A stretch of DNA of 63,038 nt, counting the filler, from Rhabdomonas costata (taxonomy: Eukaryota), in NCBI GenBank assembly GCA_019059605.1. It is 35 parts of 35 records of this genome, joined end to end, with 100 filler letters (N's around TTAATTAATTAA, not from the genome) between each part and the next. Parts side by side here need not be neighbours in the genome. Positions count along the whole stretch, not along the records: positions 1 to 1,705 come from JAHMHO010010346.1; positions 1,806 to 3,510 come from JAHMHO010010347.1; positions 3,611 to 5,315 come from JAHMHO010010348.1; positions 5,416 to 7,120 come from JAHMHO010010349.1; positions 7,221 to 8,919 come from JAHMHO010010350.1; positions 9,020 to 10,724 come from JAHMHO010010351.1; positions 10,825 to 12,529 come from JAHMHO010010352.1; 28 more parts are not named here. One strand, given 5' to 3'. Of this stretch, positions 1 to 12,358 are shown piece after piece (within the stretch, counting starts at the first letter, position 1; each line of letters opens with the position of its first letter). The notes beneath the pieces were generated by a model, which saw only the letters and a list, made by a program, of their open reading frames with translations, did not search any database and had not been told where the DNA came from. The position numbers were made by a program, and so were the translations under genes.

Positions 1-265
1 TTGTGTGTTTTAATAAGTCTTCCACAGATTTAGATAATGTGCGAAAAGAATCTGCCCTGGTATCAGAAATAAACAAAGGCAACCTCTGCCATACGAGGTT
101 AACGACTTTTTTTTGGTTTAAGGGTGTTGGGGGTTGCGTCCGTGCATCAAGATTGGCGCACAAATAATAAGGGCAGCTAAAGAGGCCTTGTCGCTTGGCT
201 ACAACGGACGGTTATGTCAGGTTCAGTTGACAAATGCCAGCAGATAGCTTGGTACCTTTGGAGCC

Positions 266-321
266 TGCAATCTGATGCATCTGATGCAATCTGATGCATC
301 AGATGCAATCTGATGTATCAG
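266..321. repeat. Short tandem repeat, about 3 copies of GCAATCTGATGCATCTGAT
   Basis: Directly visible; includes the self-complementary TCTGATGCATCAGA. Confidence 0.85.
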
Positions 322-510
322 CCCAAAATACGTTATTGTCCTCATCACATCACATTCTACCCTCACCACTATAAGCTGCGTAGCGATAGCGGGCGTCGGT
401 GCAGTGTTTTTTTGTGAATGTTGGCTTGCATGTTCGAAGCATGCGGTGTTTTTGCGGTTATGTATTCTCCTCGTGAGTCTCCCTCTCTCCCTCTCCTTCC
501 ACCACTGCAG

Positions 511-630
511 CTGCTGCAGAAGCTGCGCCGTGAGACGGCCCGAGTTGAGGACCAGCTTGCAGAGGCCATGACGCAGGGCGACCACGCTCTGCGGCGCGAA
601 CTTGAGGTCACCTTGGACACCTTTGCCCAG
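511..630 (+). CDS. Internal exon, coiled-coil-like hypothetical protein
   Basis: Pyrimidine tract, then CTGCAG|CTG...CAG|GTGCGC; 120 nt, GC3-rich, LLQKLRRETARVEDQLAEAM... Confidence 0.65.
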
Positions 631-1144
631 GTGCGCACCAGACTGCAACTTAGTACGAAAATGAAAATCGAACTAAAATACCAGTACAAAGGTAAGTATC
701 ATAAATTCAGAACCCTAACCCGGACCTCAAAAGATTGGATCGAAAGATCTGCGACCATGGAACAGCCCCATATTCAAATCGGCCCGCTTGTCCACCTCAA
801 TTGCGAAACGAACCTAAACGTTTGAACTCAAATCCGCGGCTTTTTTCACGTCCCTTCCCCCCACCACCACCCTCGTTTTTCAACCTTTCAGTAGATCAAC
901 AGTTGAGACGTACTGATTTGGGCTCTGGTAAAAAAGCAAGAAAAGCCTCGGAAAATCTCCCTCCAAAAAAAAAGCAAGCCAGAAACGAGTCTGAGGGAAA
1001 TATGCCTCTTAGAAGCACAGCGTAAAATTTTGTTGTCGTGTTTCTATGACCGGAACAAAAAGACCAAACTAGCGGTGCTCTGTGTCAGATGAGGGCGCAG
1101 GCAGACGACGCGAAAGTTTTTTTTGCGGGTGGTGGGTGTTGCAG

Positions 1145-1288
1145 CGCGGGCGCAGGATGCACGTGGTGCTGCAGCGGCTGGAGGGCAAGCCCGGGCACGA
1201 GGTCACGGATGGCCTGCGGGCCATCCTGCGAGGACTGTGCCTGGAATCCTTCGACACGGAGAGCATCGTGGTGCGCCTTGCCATGCAC
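1145..1288 (+). CDS. Internal exon, hypothetical protein
   Basis: TTGCAG|CGC...CAC|GTGATT; 144 nt, GC3-rich, RGRRMHVVLQRLEGKPGHEV... Confidence 0.6.
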
Positions 1289-1705
1289 GTGATTGCGTCA
1301 CCCTGTGGATGAAAAATTCCTTCTTGCCAACAAGACAGATAAAGTTTGTGTGTAAAGTGTGTGGGAACCTAGTACTGGCTGCCGCGGAGCTGATTTCTTC
1401 AGTCCGATGACAGTCCCATATCCTCTGATCCAGTACGCAGTTGTGTTAGCAGCTGTGAGTGAAGGTGGTGGGGCCTCCCCCCGCCTTGCATTTGGGCAAC
1501 CTGTAACGGTGTCTTCCGTGGAACATTGGGAAAGCAGTTGTTCACCAGTTGCCCATTCTTAAGAAAAGTTCACTGTCAATCGCTCCACCAAAATCAATTT
1601 CTCCGTATCACTCTCCAAGTTTCGCTTACCCTTTCCCTTGTCGTGCAAAACAAACACTCAAAATAAAAGGAAGAGGCTCAGCGGGTGCGCTGTGCACACC
1701 AAAAA

Positions 1706-1805
1706 NNNNNNNNNNNNNNNNNNNNNNNNNNNNNNNNNNNNNNNNNNNNTTAATTAATTAANNNNNNNNNNNNNNNNNNNNNNNNNNNNNNNNNNNNNNN
1801 NNNNN
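1706..1805. other. Artificial contig linker (first of 34; recurs about every 1.8 kb, last one starts near 61236)
   Basis: Identical N44-TTAATTAATTAA-N44 spacers giving stops in all six frames. The flanking contigs are all about 1.70 kb and unrelated, as expected from a size-sorted concatenation. Confidence 0.98.
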
Positions 1806-2827
1806 TTTTGTTGTGTGCGTTGCCCTTAAATTTGCTCCGTGTCATGCCCCGAACGAAAACGTATCCAGATCACAAAACGTGCGAGCACCGCTACTCAATC
1901 ATCGGAAAGCAAAGTCTCACTTTGTACACTTTATTCCTCTGCACGAACAGAGTGCAAATTTATATTTTCAAGGAGCAGAAATTTGGGGCACCGCCGTCGA
2001 TATGCCCACCTGCTTCCTGGTCCAGTGTCCAGTGTTAATTGTGGTCAACCTTCGGTGGGTACAATAAGAACTGCAAGTTACTCGTTGCGGGGAGCAATCA
2101 GTGGGTCAGTTGTCATAGGGATGGAGGTGCCTCAGCACTGCCGTTCGTTTAAGATTGTCGTGTTCTTAGGACCGTGTGAAAACACATGTGTGGCCAAGGA
2201 AAAATGATCTGGCATGACCAATTTGGCCCCTTACCCCCCACCCTCCCCGCTTCACAAATATCCGCCCCTGCACAGGAGCTCTCCGTGAAGTGCAAAGTGA
2301 AGTCCCTCCAGGACGTTCCCATCACATTTGCGGGTATGTTGGTCTCGCTGTCTTGGTGGCGTTCCGCATCCCACCGTTTTTTTCCTTCCAGTCGATAGAT
2401 TACCGTCACTCACACCATAGCCACCCCCCTGTCAGATCAGATTAAGTGCTGGATATCCTCACCCCAAGAGAGTTTGTGCGCAAGAAACGGGTGATGGGGG
2501 GCGTACACCTCTGCGAGAGTGAGAGTGGGTATGATGACACCTTTATCTCCATGGTGATAATAGTGATGGTGTTGATAAGGTGGCTTGTAATTCCATTGCC
2601 AGAGATGCTGTGAGACAGGAGGAAACTCCGTCACATTAGCAGTGCATGGCCTGGTTCGGCGTTGCTGGGAGTTTTCTGCCATTTTAGTGTGTTGATCGTC
2701 TCTTGGGTGCCATTCCCCACGGCGCTGAAACGCTGCGTATGTGCAAAAGTTCCGGTTGACTTGGGTTACCCCCCAAGCGTAATCCAGCCAAGCCTTCACC
2801 CTGGCTCGGCGCGAAACACGAAGCACA

Positions 2828-2982
2828 CCCTTCTCCAGCTGAGCCTTGTCAATATCAACGGCGGTCACCTTGAACCCGTTCATCGCGGACAGCTGTGCAA
2901 TGCCGTGGCCCATCAGACCCATCCCCACCACGCCGACGTGCTTGATCGCCACGAAGGTGGCGGCAGTCTTGCGGAAGGCCAT
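2828..2982 (-). CDS. HADH: 3-hydroxyacyl-CoA dehydrogenase, first exon (NAD-binding Rossmann fold)
   Basis: MAFRKTAATFVAIKHVGVVGMGLMGHGIAQLSAMNGFKVTAVDIDKAQLEKG carries the GxGxMGxGIAQ signature. A GT donor follows; its exact position is uncertain by a few nt. Confidence 0.9.
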
Positions 2983-4577
2983 AGATATTGAGGGAAAAAG
3001 AAGGGGGCCGCTGCGCCGAAAAAGAAGTTGCCTGAAGAGGTTTGAGTTTTCGCGAAACTGAAATCGAAGATTTTGACGGAGGCACAGGATTGTACCATTT
3101 TGGCAGGAGAAAACAAGATGTATAAGGAGCGGGGGAGGTTTGACGGAGCTTTGCTTTGCTGTTGGGTCAAGCATTTTAACGTTACACCGTTTAATTTTTT
3201 TTTTCGACGAATGGTAACGAACAAAGGGCCCGCACAAGTGAGATGCCGACAGTTCACAGTGGCTATACTTCCTGCCACTGCCTGGGGAGAGTAAAGCGCA
3301 CTGGAGAAACTACGGCCAATTCTATAACTGTGGGATTGTAACCTTTTGAGAAGGGAGGGGAACCGCCGAAGAGACGGTCTCTATCTCCGATGTTAAACGA
3401 TGCAGCTCAAAAGTTTTGGTTTTGAAGTCAGCCTCTAACACACCAGGAAAACCCACCCAGAAAATGACCAATTTTTGTAACACACCATTTTTTTTGTATC
3501 ACCCCACACCNNNNNNNNNNNNNNNNNNNNNNNNNNNNNNNNNNNNNNNNNNNNTTAATTAATTAANNNNNNNNNNNNNNNNNNNNNNNNNNNNNNNNNN
3601 NNNNNNNNNNGGTGGTGGGGACACGTTCACGGAGAAACCCACCGGCGGCGGGGTCTCCGTCCACGGGCATCTCCGACTGTACTCCCCGAGGCGGCGGAGT
3701 AGCGACGTAGCGCTCGTACACGGTGTCCCAGCGCCACGGAACGGCGCCTGAGCCCGCCGCGGGGGTGGCGGGGGGAAAGCCTCCTGCCGTCGGGACGGCC
3801 GCAGTGGTGTACGGCAGCCGATGAGCTGAATGCAGGGGACGTCAATGGAGTGAGAAAACAAGACAAGTGCAACGTGACTGAGTCATGATGAGGTTCGCCA
3901 GGAAATGGGGTGATCTTATATTGTGAAGTTCGTGTGTGTGTGTGTGTGTGGACCGGGGACAGAAACCGACTCTTCACAGTTGCTGTCATGTGCAGGTTTG
4001 TTTCGCTGAAGAAGTCCCCCTTTGTTTTCTTGCCTTCGAACGGATGTAGAAACACAAAAACAAACACGAGAATCATGCGCTTCAAAAAGCTAAGTGGGTT
4101 GCGCACAAAACCTGGAATGTGCTGCACCAAAACTGGAATGCGCTGTTTTCCCGCACCCACGTCCGGAGCAACCCGTGGGAGGGTCAAGCTGATGAAGTGC
4201 TTCAAATCAATTTCAGTGTTAACAAAGACGCTGTCTGCGCCGCTGTCACCAGCCGGAAGCTGTATTACTGGTAGATGAGTTTCGCTGTGCTCGGCAAAAA
4301 AACGCAGTAAACATGCAAATACTGGAAAAACGATGTGTTGAAGGGGTGTGTGTGCGTGTGTGTTTGTGTGTGTGGGAGACATTGATGCAGTGCTACAGTC
4401 TTACCAAGAACAAACCACCGTGCACATACGTAGGTCGATGCCACATGGTCTATTGGGGAGAACTTCATGCATCACCAACGACTGCACTCCCCGTGCTGTG
4501 AGGTATGTCCGTGAGGGGGGGGGGCATAATGTGGGAAGCAGGGTTGGCGTGCGTGCACGAGAGGACAACAGTGCGAC

Positions 4578-4809
4578 CCTGGAAGGTGGGCGAGAGCTGC
4601 TGCTGCTTGAGCTGCCACCCCAGGTTTGAGGAGGTGGAGGAGGTTGTGGCGGCTGCGGTGGGGCCGGGGTTCCACTCCGAGGGGCCGAACAGCATGGCAG
4701 GAGGGACGCGGCCCGCGGGGATGCGGTGGCTCGGCCCGACCTCCGTCTCAATCCCAAACGGGAGTCCCACGGAGACCTCCCGAATCGTGTTCGCCGCCCC
4801 GTCGTAGAT
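4578..4809 (-). CDS. Internal exon, hypothetical protein
   Basis: CCCCAG|ATC TAC GAC GGG..., GC3-rich, ends near CAG G|GT. Confidence 0.5.
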
Positions 4810-6625
4810 CTGGGGACGGCAGAGACGGACAGACTCACCCAGGTGTTCGGGAATCACCACGAGACTCGGAACAGAAACTCAGTGCCATATGGTCCAACAG
4901 CATTCCAACAGCACTTTCACCCAGAGGCACCAAGTGTCTTGCAGAGTGAGCACTCCGTGTGTGTGCTGCTGGCTGTCACCGTTATCACTGCTGTGCGCAG
5001 CAAAGACGTGACCTCGCTCCCCCGGAATACCACGAAGATATGCAGAAACAGGTCATGGCTAGAGTTGTTGCACCCATTTGGACAGACGCACCATGGTTTT
5101 AATCTTTTGGAGGAAATCATTGAACAGCGGTGGTCGAGAGAGGTGGAAAGTTATTGCTGTCAGAGAAGGGAAGCTGAAACCCCCACCGAGATGGCGGCTA
5201 ACGTTGTTTTCACACGCTGAAAAAACGAGGGGCCCTGTTCCATGGTGGCCCTATTCCCTATATTGTCACAGACGAGGACGCCAAGTTCACCAAGGAGCAC
5301 ACGGGCACAACAACANNNNNNNNNNNNNNNNNNNNNNNNNNNNNNNNNNNNNNNNNNNNTTAATTAATTAANNNNNNNNNNNNNNNNNNNNNNNNNNNNN
5401 NNNNNNNNNNNNNNNGTGGGGGGTGTGAAAGATCGAGATTCATAACCCCGGAAGGATATTCAGCCCAGTGCTTCTGGTTTACCTCCCCTTGCCCGTGGGC
5501 CATTTTGTGGGCGTGGGAAGCCGCTGCTTTCACGCTTCCGATGCGACTCTTTTTCCACGAAAGGGGCTAGAATGGTGGACTGAACCATCTTGGGGCGGCA
5601 CACCCCGGGAAGGTGGCACTTCCGTGGTCGGAATCAACGAGTAACAGTCATGCTTGACGAAGGCACGGACACGCTCCATACCATCATCGGGCTTCCGCTC
5701 CCCACAGCAGCTTGCCTCGGCGGTTTGGGCATCAGCGACCCCAGGGTAACGGTGTAACGGGGCGATGCGCCCAAGCAGCGGCGACCGCAATCAACAACAG
5801 CGAAAATTGCTAGCGCATTTCTGCGCAGCGGTGCAGGAAAACAAAGCCGTCTGTGCCACAACCAAAACCTCACTACCAGCACGTCTTGACCCATGGGCCC
5901 CCCGCGACAACCAAAACAAAATGCTTCGCAAGCTTGGTGATGGACGCCCTAGACGCTTTTTCAGTCACCGCTCGCGGCCAGCACGCTCACCGAATCTAAA
6001 ACCTGGGTATCTATAACGCCGCGTCAGTTCCGCGCCGCCCACGCGTCGGTGCTTGGTTTCCCTGACAATCCAATTTAGTGCGTTTACGGAGAGGTTTTCT
6101 GTTAGTCGACTAGCCTCCTGGCTTCGCCGTACGGCCTTCACGTTTCGGGTTCGGGTTCTGGGTTGCTGACTTCAGGTAGCGGTGCCGTAGTGTGGTTAGG
6201 GGCTATGTTTCGGAATTTTGTGGGTTTTATTGTGCTTAGCCTCTCTGATGTCTGAGTTGGGTGTGAGTTCTGCAGTGGCTTGGGTGGTTGCGCGCTTCCG
6301 GTCTCCAATGGTTTGGGTTCATGGTTCCTGTGTCAGTGTCGGCCTTCCTGTCTCCGTTGTTTTCTGGGTTCCTTCGCTTTGGTTGCTGCTTCTTATGGTG
6401 TGCGTGCTTCTCGGTTGCTGGTGTGGGTCGGTGTGGGTTACTTGAAGTTGGTGTGTGTGGGTTCCGTCTTCGTGGTCGGATTCTGCGTTTGTTGTGCTTG
6501 GAATGTCCTCATGTTCTGGGTCGGCCTTCTGGGTTCTGTGTCGGTGTTTGTGGTTGGGGCTGCTGTTTCCGTTGTGCTATTGGTCTCCATCTCTACGTGT
6601 GCTGCTGCTATCGGTTCCGTGGGTT

Positions 6626-6930
6626 GGAGTGGTGCTCAAAGAGACATTGAGTGCCATCAAAAATCACGGAAACATCTTGGCACTGAAGGAACAGCGGCTC
6701 CAGCAGCTTCCTCAACTAGTACACGCCGACCGGATGTTCCCGCACATGCTTCCCAAAGGCCCACATTCTTTGGACGTTACGGTATGGTCACGGAATGGCG
6801 GGGCCAAAGACTCTTTGGACAAGGCACACTAGCACAAGGACGCAGGAGGGAGTTACTCCGTGTGGGTCGCAGACACGCATGGCGGATTACACCCCAAGGC
6901 CATATATTTTACTCATCAAGCAGCTGTAGA
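6626..6930 (+). mobile_element. Degenerate restriction-like endonuclease (RLE) region of a non-LTR retrotransposon
   Basis: KEQRL..HADRMF...SLDVTV....DKAH*HK...VWVADTHGGLHPKA resembles the RLE pattern E..(P/A)D...DVTV...K...(E/D)TxGG. It has an in-frame stop and no introns. Confidence 0.55.
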
Positions 6931-7586
6931 CTAGCTGCGCCTATGCGAACGAGACCGCCGCGAACCTGGACGCGCTGTCCACGGCGGTGTGGCTGAGGGC
7001 GGCGACCTCCCTGGCACGGCAAGGATGCGGGTCCGAGGCGGTCGAGGAGGATCCAACCGAAGACGACGAGCTGGAGGTCCTGGTCATCAACCCTTCCACG
7101 AAGACGGAACCCAAACACCCNNNNNNNNNNNNNNNNNNNNNNNNNNNNNNNNNNNNNNNNNNNNTTAATTAATTAANNNNNNNNNNNNNNNNNNNNNNNN
7201 NNNNNNNNNNNNNNNNNNNNGGGGGTGGGGGGTCTCGAGATACATGCTTCACCAACAGCCAGGTTTTTGCAAGCCGGTACTTTTTGGCGTATCAAGCCCC
7301 GCCGGTTCATATTTCACCCTGTTTATACCCTTGTATGATGTTCATGATTGAGAGTTGGAAATCGGGCGGCGGTCCCGCTAATCCAAATCATTGGAATTGG
7401 CCATCTCAACCCTCCCATGACAGCGAAGCCCTCGAGATTTGCGATCTATGCCCCCTTGTCCTGATGAATATTTTCAATTCTTCTCATGCACGTTTGCTTT
7501 CCTTTTCCAAGTTTTTCCATCCATTCCAGTATTTTCCTAATTCCGAAGTGGAACGTGGAACCTGTGGGTTTTTTGGTTTTGTTGGT

Positions 7587-7634
7587 ATTGGGAAAGAGAG
7601 GACGCTTTTGCTTTGGATTGGGAAAGAGAGGACG
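7587..7634. repeat. Direct repeat ATTGGGAAAGAGAGGACG x2 (30-nt period)
   Basis: Copies at 7587-7604 and 7617-7634. Confidence 0.85.
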
Positions 7635-8182
7635 TTAAACTAAATTACTACCGAAATCATTGAAGTATTTTGTAAAATAAGTATGTGTAAGTAAATCTGA
7701 CCAGTACGAAGTTCGTGAGATCGAGGCATTCATCCACATCATCGTGCTCCATCACCGGAAACTATTATTCACTCGCCAAATCTGCTGTGGACGTGTCAAA
7801 GCACGGTACACAAGCCTCATACTTTAGACCTGCCAAGCAACGCTTCTCTCCAGGTGGCTAATGGACTTCTTCACAACCCAGTAACAACAGAAAAAGTAAG
7901 TATCAGTAAATCGGGCCCTAAGTCCAGTACAAGGTTCGTTAGACCGAGCCCTCTAACCTAGTAGCCGAGGTAAATATAAATTAAGTCATCTCTTCAGCGC
8001 TCGCACGCAAATTTCTTTTTGTTGCTCCTACCGACTTTTGTGTCCAATTTTTGTTGTTTTTTAACGACGTTAAAAAAGGCTGTATTTCGAAGGTTTTGTT
8101 TTATTTCTACCGCTGTTTCACTACCTGCTTTCAATTGAAATTCTTTTGAAAAAAGGAACCCCTAGCACATACCGAGAGAAAA

Positions 8183-8780
8183 ATGAGTGCACCCACGCAG
8201 TCGACTAACGTGCCCCATGTAGCCCCGTTTCTTCTAACGAAGCCCAGGCAGTTACCAGACCATTTACTCCCGAACTACTTGGAGAAGCAGTCGCACTAAT
8301 GGCTCAGAACCAGACCTATCTAATGATCATGATGACTACAGGAAAAACATCCTGAATTCGAAAAGTTCCACGGCAACCTAGAACACTTCATGGACTGGCT
8401 TGTTAGAGTAAACGATAGAAAATTACATGGAGAAGTCCCAGACCAAGTTGCCATCCGCTACGCCCAGATGGCCTTTGGAGACGGGTGACGAGGCATATTA
8501 GCTAACGGGCAAACCTCCAACTCATGGGACCAGTTCACAGACATTATAAAGGCGCACTACCTAACAAAGCACTACCATACGAGCACACAATGTTAACATG
8601 TACAACGGAGATTACCCTGCCTACAAAGCTAAGTTCAAAACATGCGCGGATGGCTTACCGGAACGCTTACGTACATCCAACTTGATTTTTGATTTCATGC
8701 AATGCATGGATTCTTTGATTGCTAACAACGTTGCCAAGAAGAACCCCATCACAATTGAAGGCGCTTACGAGATTGGATAG
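8183..8780 (+). mobile_element. Decayed LTR-retrotransposon gag-like coding region
   Basis: KFHGNLEHFMDWL...AFGDG*RG...NSWDQFTDIIKAHYL and YNGDYPAYKAKF...DFMQCMDSLIANNVAKKNPITIEGA follow the Retrotrans_gag pattern (F.G...W; W..F; Y...F; F..GL...P.T...A). It has stops and frameshifts, and is AT-richer than host exons. Confidence 0.65.
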
Positions 8781-9439
8781 GAAATTTTCAGTGAGCCACG
8801 ACCAGCCCCTATAGTCAATTACGTGGTCAGCCTACCGCAGCCCCCCTTCAGTCTGCGTTGACATCAGTGAAACCACCAACCCTAATTCCTGCAGTCCCAG
8901 CTACTGAGCCAACTCCAATNNNNNNNNNNNNNNNNNNNNNNNNNNNNNNNNNNNNNNNNNNNNTTAATTAATTAANNNNNNNNNNNNNNNNNNNNNNNNN
9001 NNNNNNNNNNNNNNNNNNNGTGTTTTGTGTCGCAATTAATTGCCTCGGTAGGTCATTCACTTATCATTAGGGAAAGCCCTGCTGCTTTAAATGTGTTACT
9101 TCTTTCTCTCCCTTTCAAGGGCAAACACAGACGCAAGCGGAAATAATGAGGTTAATGGCATCATCGCTGATTTCTCGCAGCCGCCCATGGTGTAAATCGG
9201 AAATGAATGCTAATACTTGCTGCAGCAGGAGAGCGAAGAAGGAATCGTTTACAAGCTGCCCTGCCTCTTGTTCCGGTGACTCGGCGGGGTCGAACAGTTA
9301 ATTGCCCTTTTGGGTTCCTCTCCTTAATAGGGAAAAGGGTATTAGTCCGTGTAACCAACTTTAATTGGATCCCATACCGCCCCCCCCCCTTGTGGGATCC
9401 GATCTCGGATGATGCAAAGCTCCTTCCTTTCTCACTCTC

Positions 9440-10230
9440 GCGCGGGGGTTAGGTTAGCGGTGCACCTGCCTCACCAAGAAGAAACTATTTGGTCTTGCAG
9501 AGGAGTAAGCTAGCAGTACACGTGCCCAGAAGGTTCTGGTCGTCGAAATGGATCCCTATCCCGCCTCCATGTGTCCAGTGCCGCCGGCCACTGCCAAATC
9601 AGTTTCACTCCTCTGGGCCGTTTTTTGATCGTTGGGTTGGACAAATAAATATGTTCTCGGCATTTACGCGTTTACGCATTTACGCATTTACCGTTTTTCA
9701 GCTGGGACACAGGGGTAGTGTGTGACCGGACGCAAATGGGAATGGAGTGCCTGGTCGACGTGGATAAGGTTTTACTGGCAGAGGGAGTGGAGAAAGCAAT
9801 CTGAGACGCGTATGCTTCGGATTCGAGACAATATCGGAAAAGCCGAGTGACGGGAAATGTAGAACCAAAAAGAAGAGCGTGGCGCCTCACCCGTTTTGCA
9901 AGTATTTCGGCCGTTGACAAAACTTCAAAAAGTCATTGGCAGGTCTCAAAGGGACAAGCTTTGTTATCGCAACGCTGGCTGGCTGTGATCCAGACGAACT
10001 TTAGCTGGGCGCTTGAGCTTAATCCTCCTCAGCGAAATTCTGCGTCAGTGAGATGGGCAACCGGGTGTCTTGAGTCAGCAGTGCGGTATCCCAGCTGCAC
10101 AGCATGCGTATCTCCAACCCCTCCCAACTAGAGCCGCAGCCAGAGTATAGACAGAGCGACAGATATTCTGAGGCTGCTGCTTCACTGTTTCTGATCGCAA
10201 GTACAGCGTAACTGTAAACGTTGAGCGTAG
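9440..10230 (-). mobile_element. Possible highly decayed LINE (RT C-terminus plus RNase H-like remnants)
   Basis: Frameshifted ETDLAVAGGTG/HGGGIGIHF...GEAGA loosely resembles RNase H TDGS...G.G...AE..A. Weak evidence. Confidence 0.3.
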
Positions 10231-10373
10231 ACAAGACGCAGAGGTCATTCTCCAGCTAGGAAGTCACATTCAATGTTCACTGTTGATCACCGATCGGTCC
10301 AGCGGAAGCTGTGTTTACGAAAGGTTACCTGTTAGCGCGTATCCGCATTCGGTAGGTGGGCAATTGGCTTCAG

Positions 10374-10607
10374 GGCGAATCTTTGGAGGACGTGATGGAG
10401 GAGCTGGCGCAGGAGCACAAGTACCAGGCCCTGGGGCGGGACGCCCGGTTCTGCTCCACAGTGATGCGGCGGAAGGTCAGCCTTCACGCGCTGGCCCCCA
10501 CGGAGTGCATGCCCGGGGTGTTCATTCCGGGTCAAAGCAACGTCAGCAGCGTGAACTGCTTGAGGGTAACGCGGAGCAGGACCTTCGTGTGCCTCTCCGC
10601 CGGGGCG
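10374..10607 (+). CDS. Internal exon, hypothetical protein (3' boundary uncertain, up to 10674)
   Basis: CTTCAG|GGC GAA..., strongly GC3-rich GESLEDVMEELAQEHKYQALG... Confidence 0.6.
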
Positions 10608-11576
10608 GTGTGGTTCCATGAGCTGCCACAGCTCAGACGCACTGCCTCCGCGGCGCTCCCGTCGATCCCCTGGGTATGTGTAAGTCCTCGTCTTTTGGTT
10701 TCTGCCCAGCAGTTCAAACCCAGANNNNNNNNNNNNNNNNNNNNNNNNNNNNNNNNNNNNNNNNNNNNTTAATTAATTAANNNNNNNNNNNNNNNNNNNN
10801 NNNNNNNNNNNNNNNNNNNNNNNNGGTGGGGTTGGGCGAGGCTTATACAATGATTGGTGTGACTTACTGGTTCCTGCTGGAAAGAAGTTGCAGGAGATAC
10901 AAGAACAGGTTGATGATGTCCAAATACCTGCAGAAATATGCACCACGTCTTGCACCACTGAGCAAAAACAACCGCACACCGCATTCCGCAACGGCACTGG
11001 CTATGAAATGCTATCACCAGAGAATCGAGTCCGCTATATCAAGATTCAGTCTGTGATAAGGAAGCGTGTGCAAAAAATCTGGGAATATCGCAGGTCGCGT
11101 GCATTTTGGACAGCTTGCAGGCAAACTTTGAGTGTCGTCCATGAGGTCTAATCCGGAAATGCGAAAATGGAGTCATTTGCCGGAGGTCCTCCTCTTCCAA
11201 CCCACACCCGTCAAAAACAATTATAGGACTTGGGTGCCAAAAAAATCCTTGTGCATGCAAACAGTTCAATGAACAGAGCCCCGTCACTTGTTTGACAACG
11301 TCGGATTTGCAAATTTTTCGGACAAAAATCGATTTTGCTGAATAAAGTAATGGTATGGGGAGGTGGTCCTCATTGCCTTGCTGGGCAGAGGTACTTTGGA
11401 AATCTCACTGGCACATTACCGTGGTTTAACGGGTACCCAACTTTGCACTCGCCACACACTGCTTGAAGACGGAGGGACAGGAGCTGCCGTCGCTTCCTCA
11501 ACCTTCTTCTGATCACAGGAGTGGCATCGTGGCGTGCTCCCCCCCTCCACACACAAAGAGAACAGGAGCGGCGGAC

Positions 11577-12358
11577 GTACAGCTCGATAGAGGCCAGGAT
11601 GTAGTCGTCCACGCTGTACCTCTCGGCGATCATGTAGGTGTCGTACAAGACAAACCCGCAGAACAGCCCTGCGCCCATCAAAGCCAGCACCGGGGAGGAG
11701 CTCCCCCAGCCTGTCACCGCGCTGAGCACGGACCACCCCACGAGCAGCACCAGCCCGCACAGCAGGGCCCCACCCAGGAAGCTGAAGTCCCTCCTCGACA
11801 CCAGCGCGTACCCCGAGAGCCCCAGGAAGACCACCAGAGTCAGCCCGGCGGCCTCCACCAGGGCAGCACCCAGGGCGTGAGCGGAGTACTGCGCGCAGAT
11901 CGACCCTGAGGAGGCAGACAGAGAAAAGAAGAAGGTGTGCGTCGCAAGGCGAAGCGCACTTCACCCTACACTCACACCTTCACGTGCGCTCTGTGAAACG
12001 ACAAGCAGAACACAAGACACGTAGAACACTGGGCCAGGAAAAGGCTCTCTGATACAACACAGGCAAAAGCTGTTTGCTTCAAAATTTCCACGGCGAACCC
12101 ATGCCCCTGACTCCCTAGACTCAAATTTTGGCCGTTTCGTCTCACCTCAGCTGAACTGAACCTGCACCCCAATATCAAATTCAAAGAAATTGTACTCATG
12201 GCTGAAATCAAAGGGAAAGGAGAAACTGAGAGACAGGACAACCCAGCAGTAGGGACTGCACCACTGTGAAGGCTCCCAGCAGGGCGACGTTGTGGGGGTA
12301 CGTTTCCTTGTAAAAGGTCAGGGCCACCAAGGTCGCGATGAGTCCGAGCAGTGACACC
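11577..12358 (-). CDS. Bax inhibitor-1/TMBIM (lifeguard/GAAP-like) membrane protein, two exons
   Basis: Exons 12358-12243 and 11905-11577 join in frame via GT-AG: KETYPHNVALLGAFTVVQSLLLG/SICAQYS...RRDFSFLGG...FVLYDTYMIAERYSVDDYILASIELY. Confidence 0.92.

Noticed and set aside
1750-1761. Regularly spaced TTAATTAATTAA as a biological repeat or CRISPR-like array
   Set aside because: Always embedded in fixed N runs; it is a six-frame-stop assembly linker.
6218-6630. Hydrophobic Val/Gly/Cys-rich ORFs as membrane proteins
   Set aside because: They arise from GT-rich low-complexity DNA and appear in all three frames.
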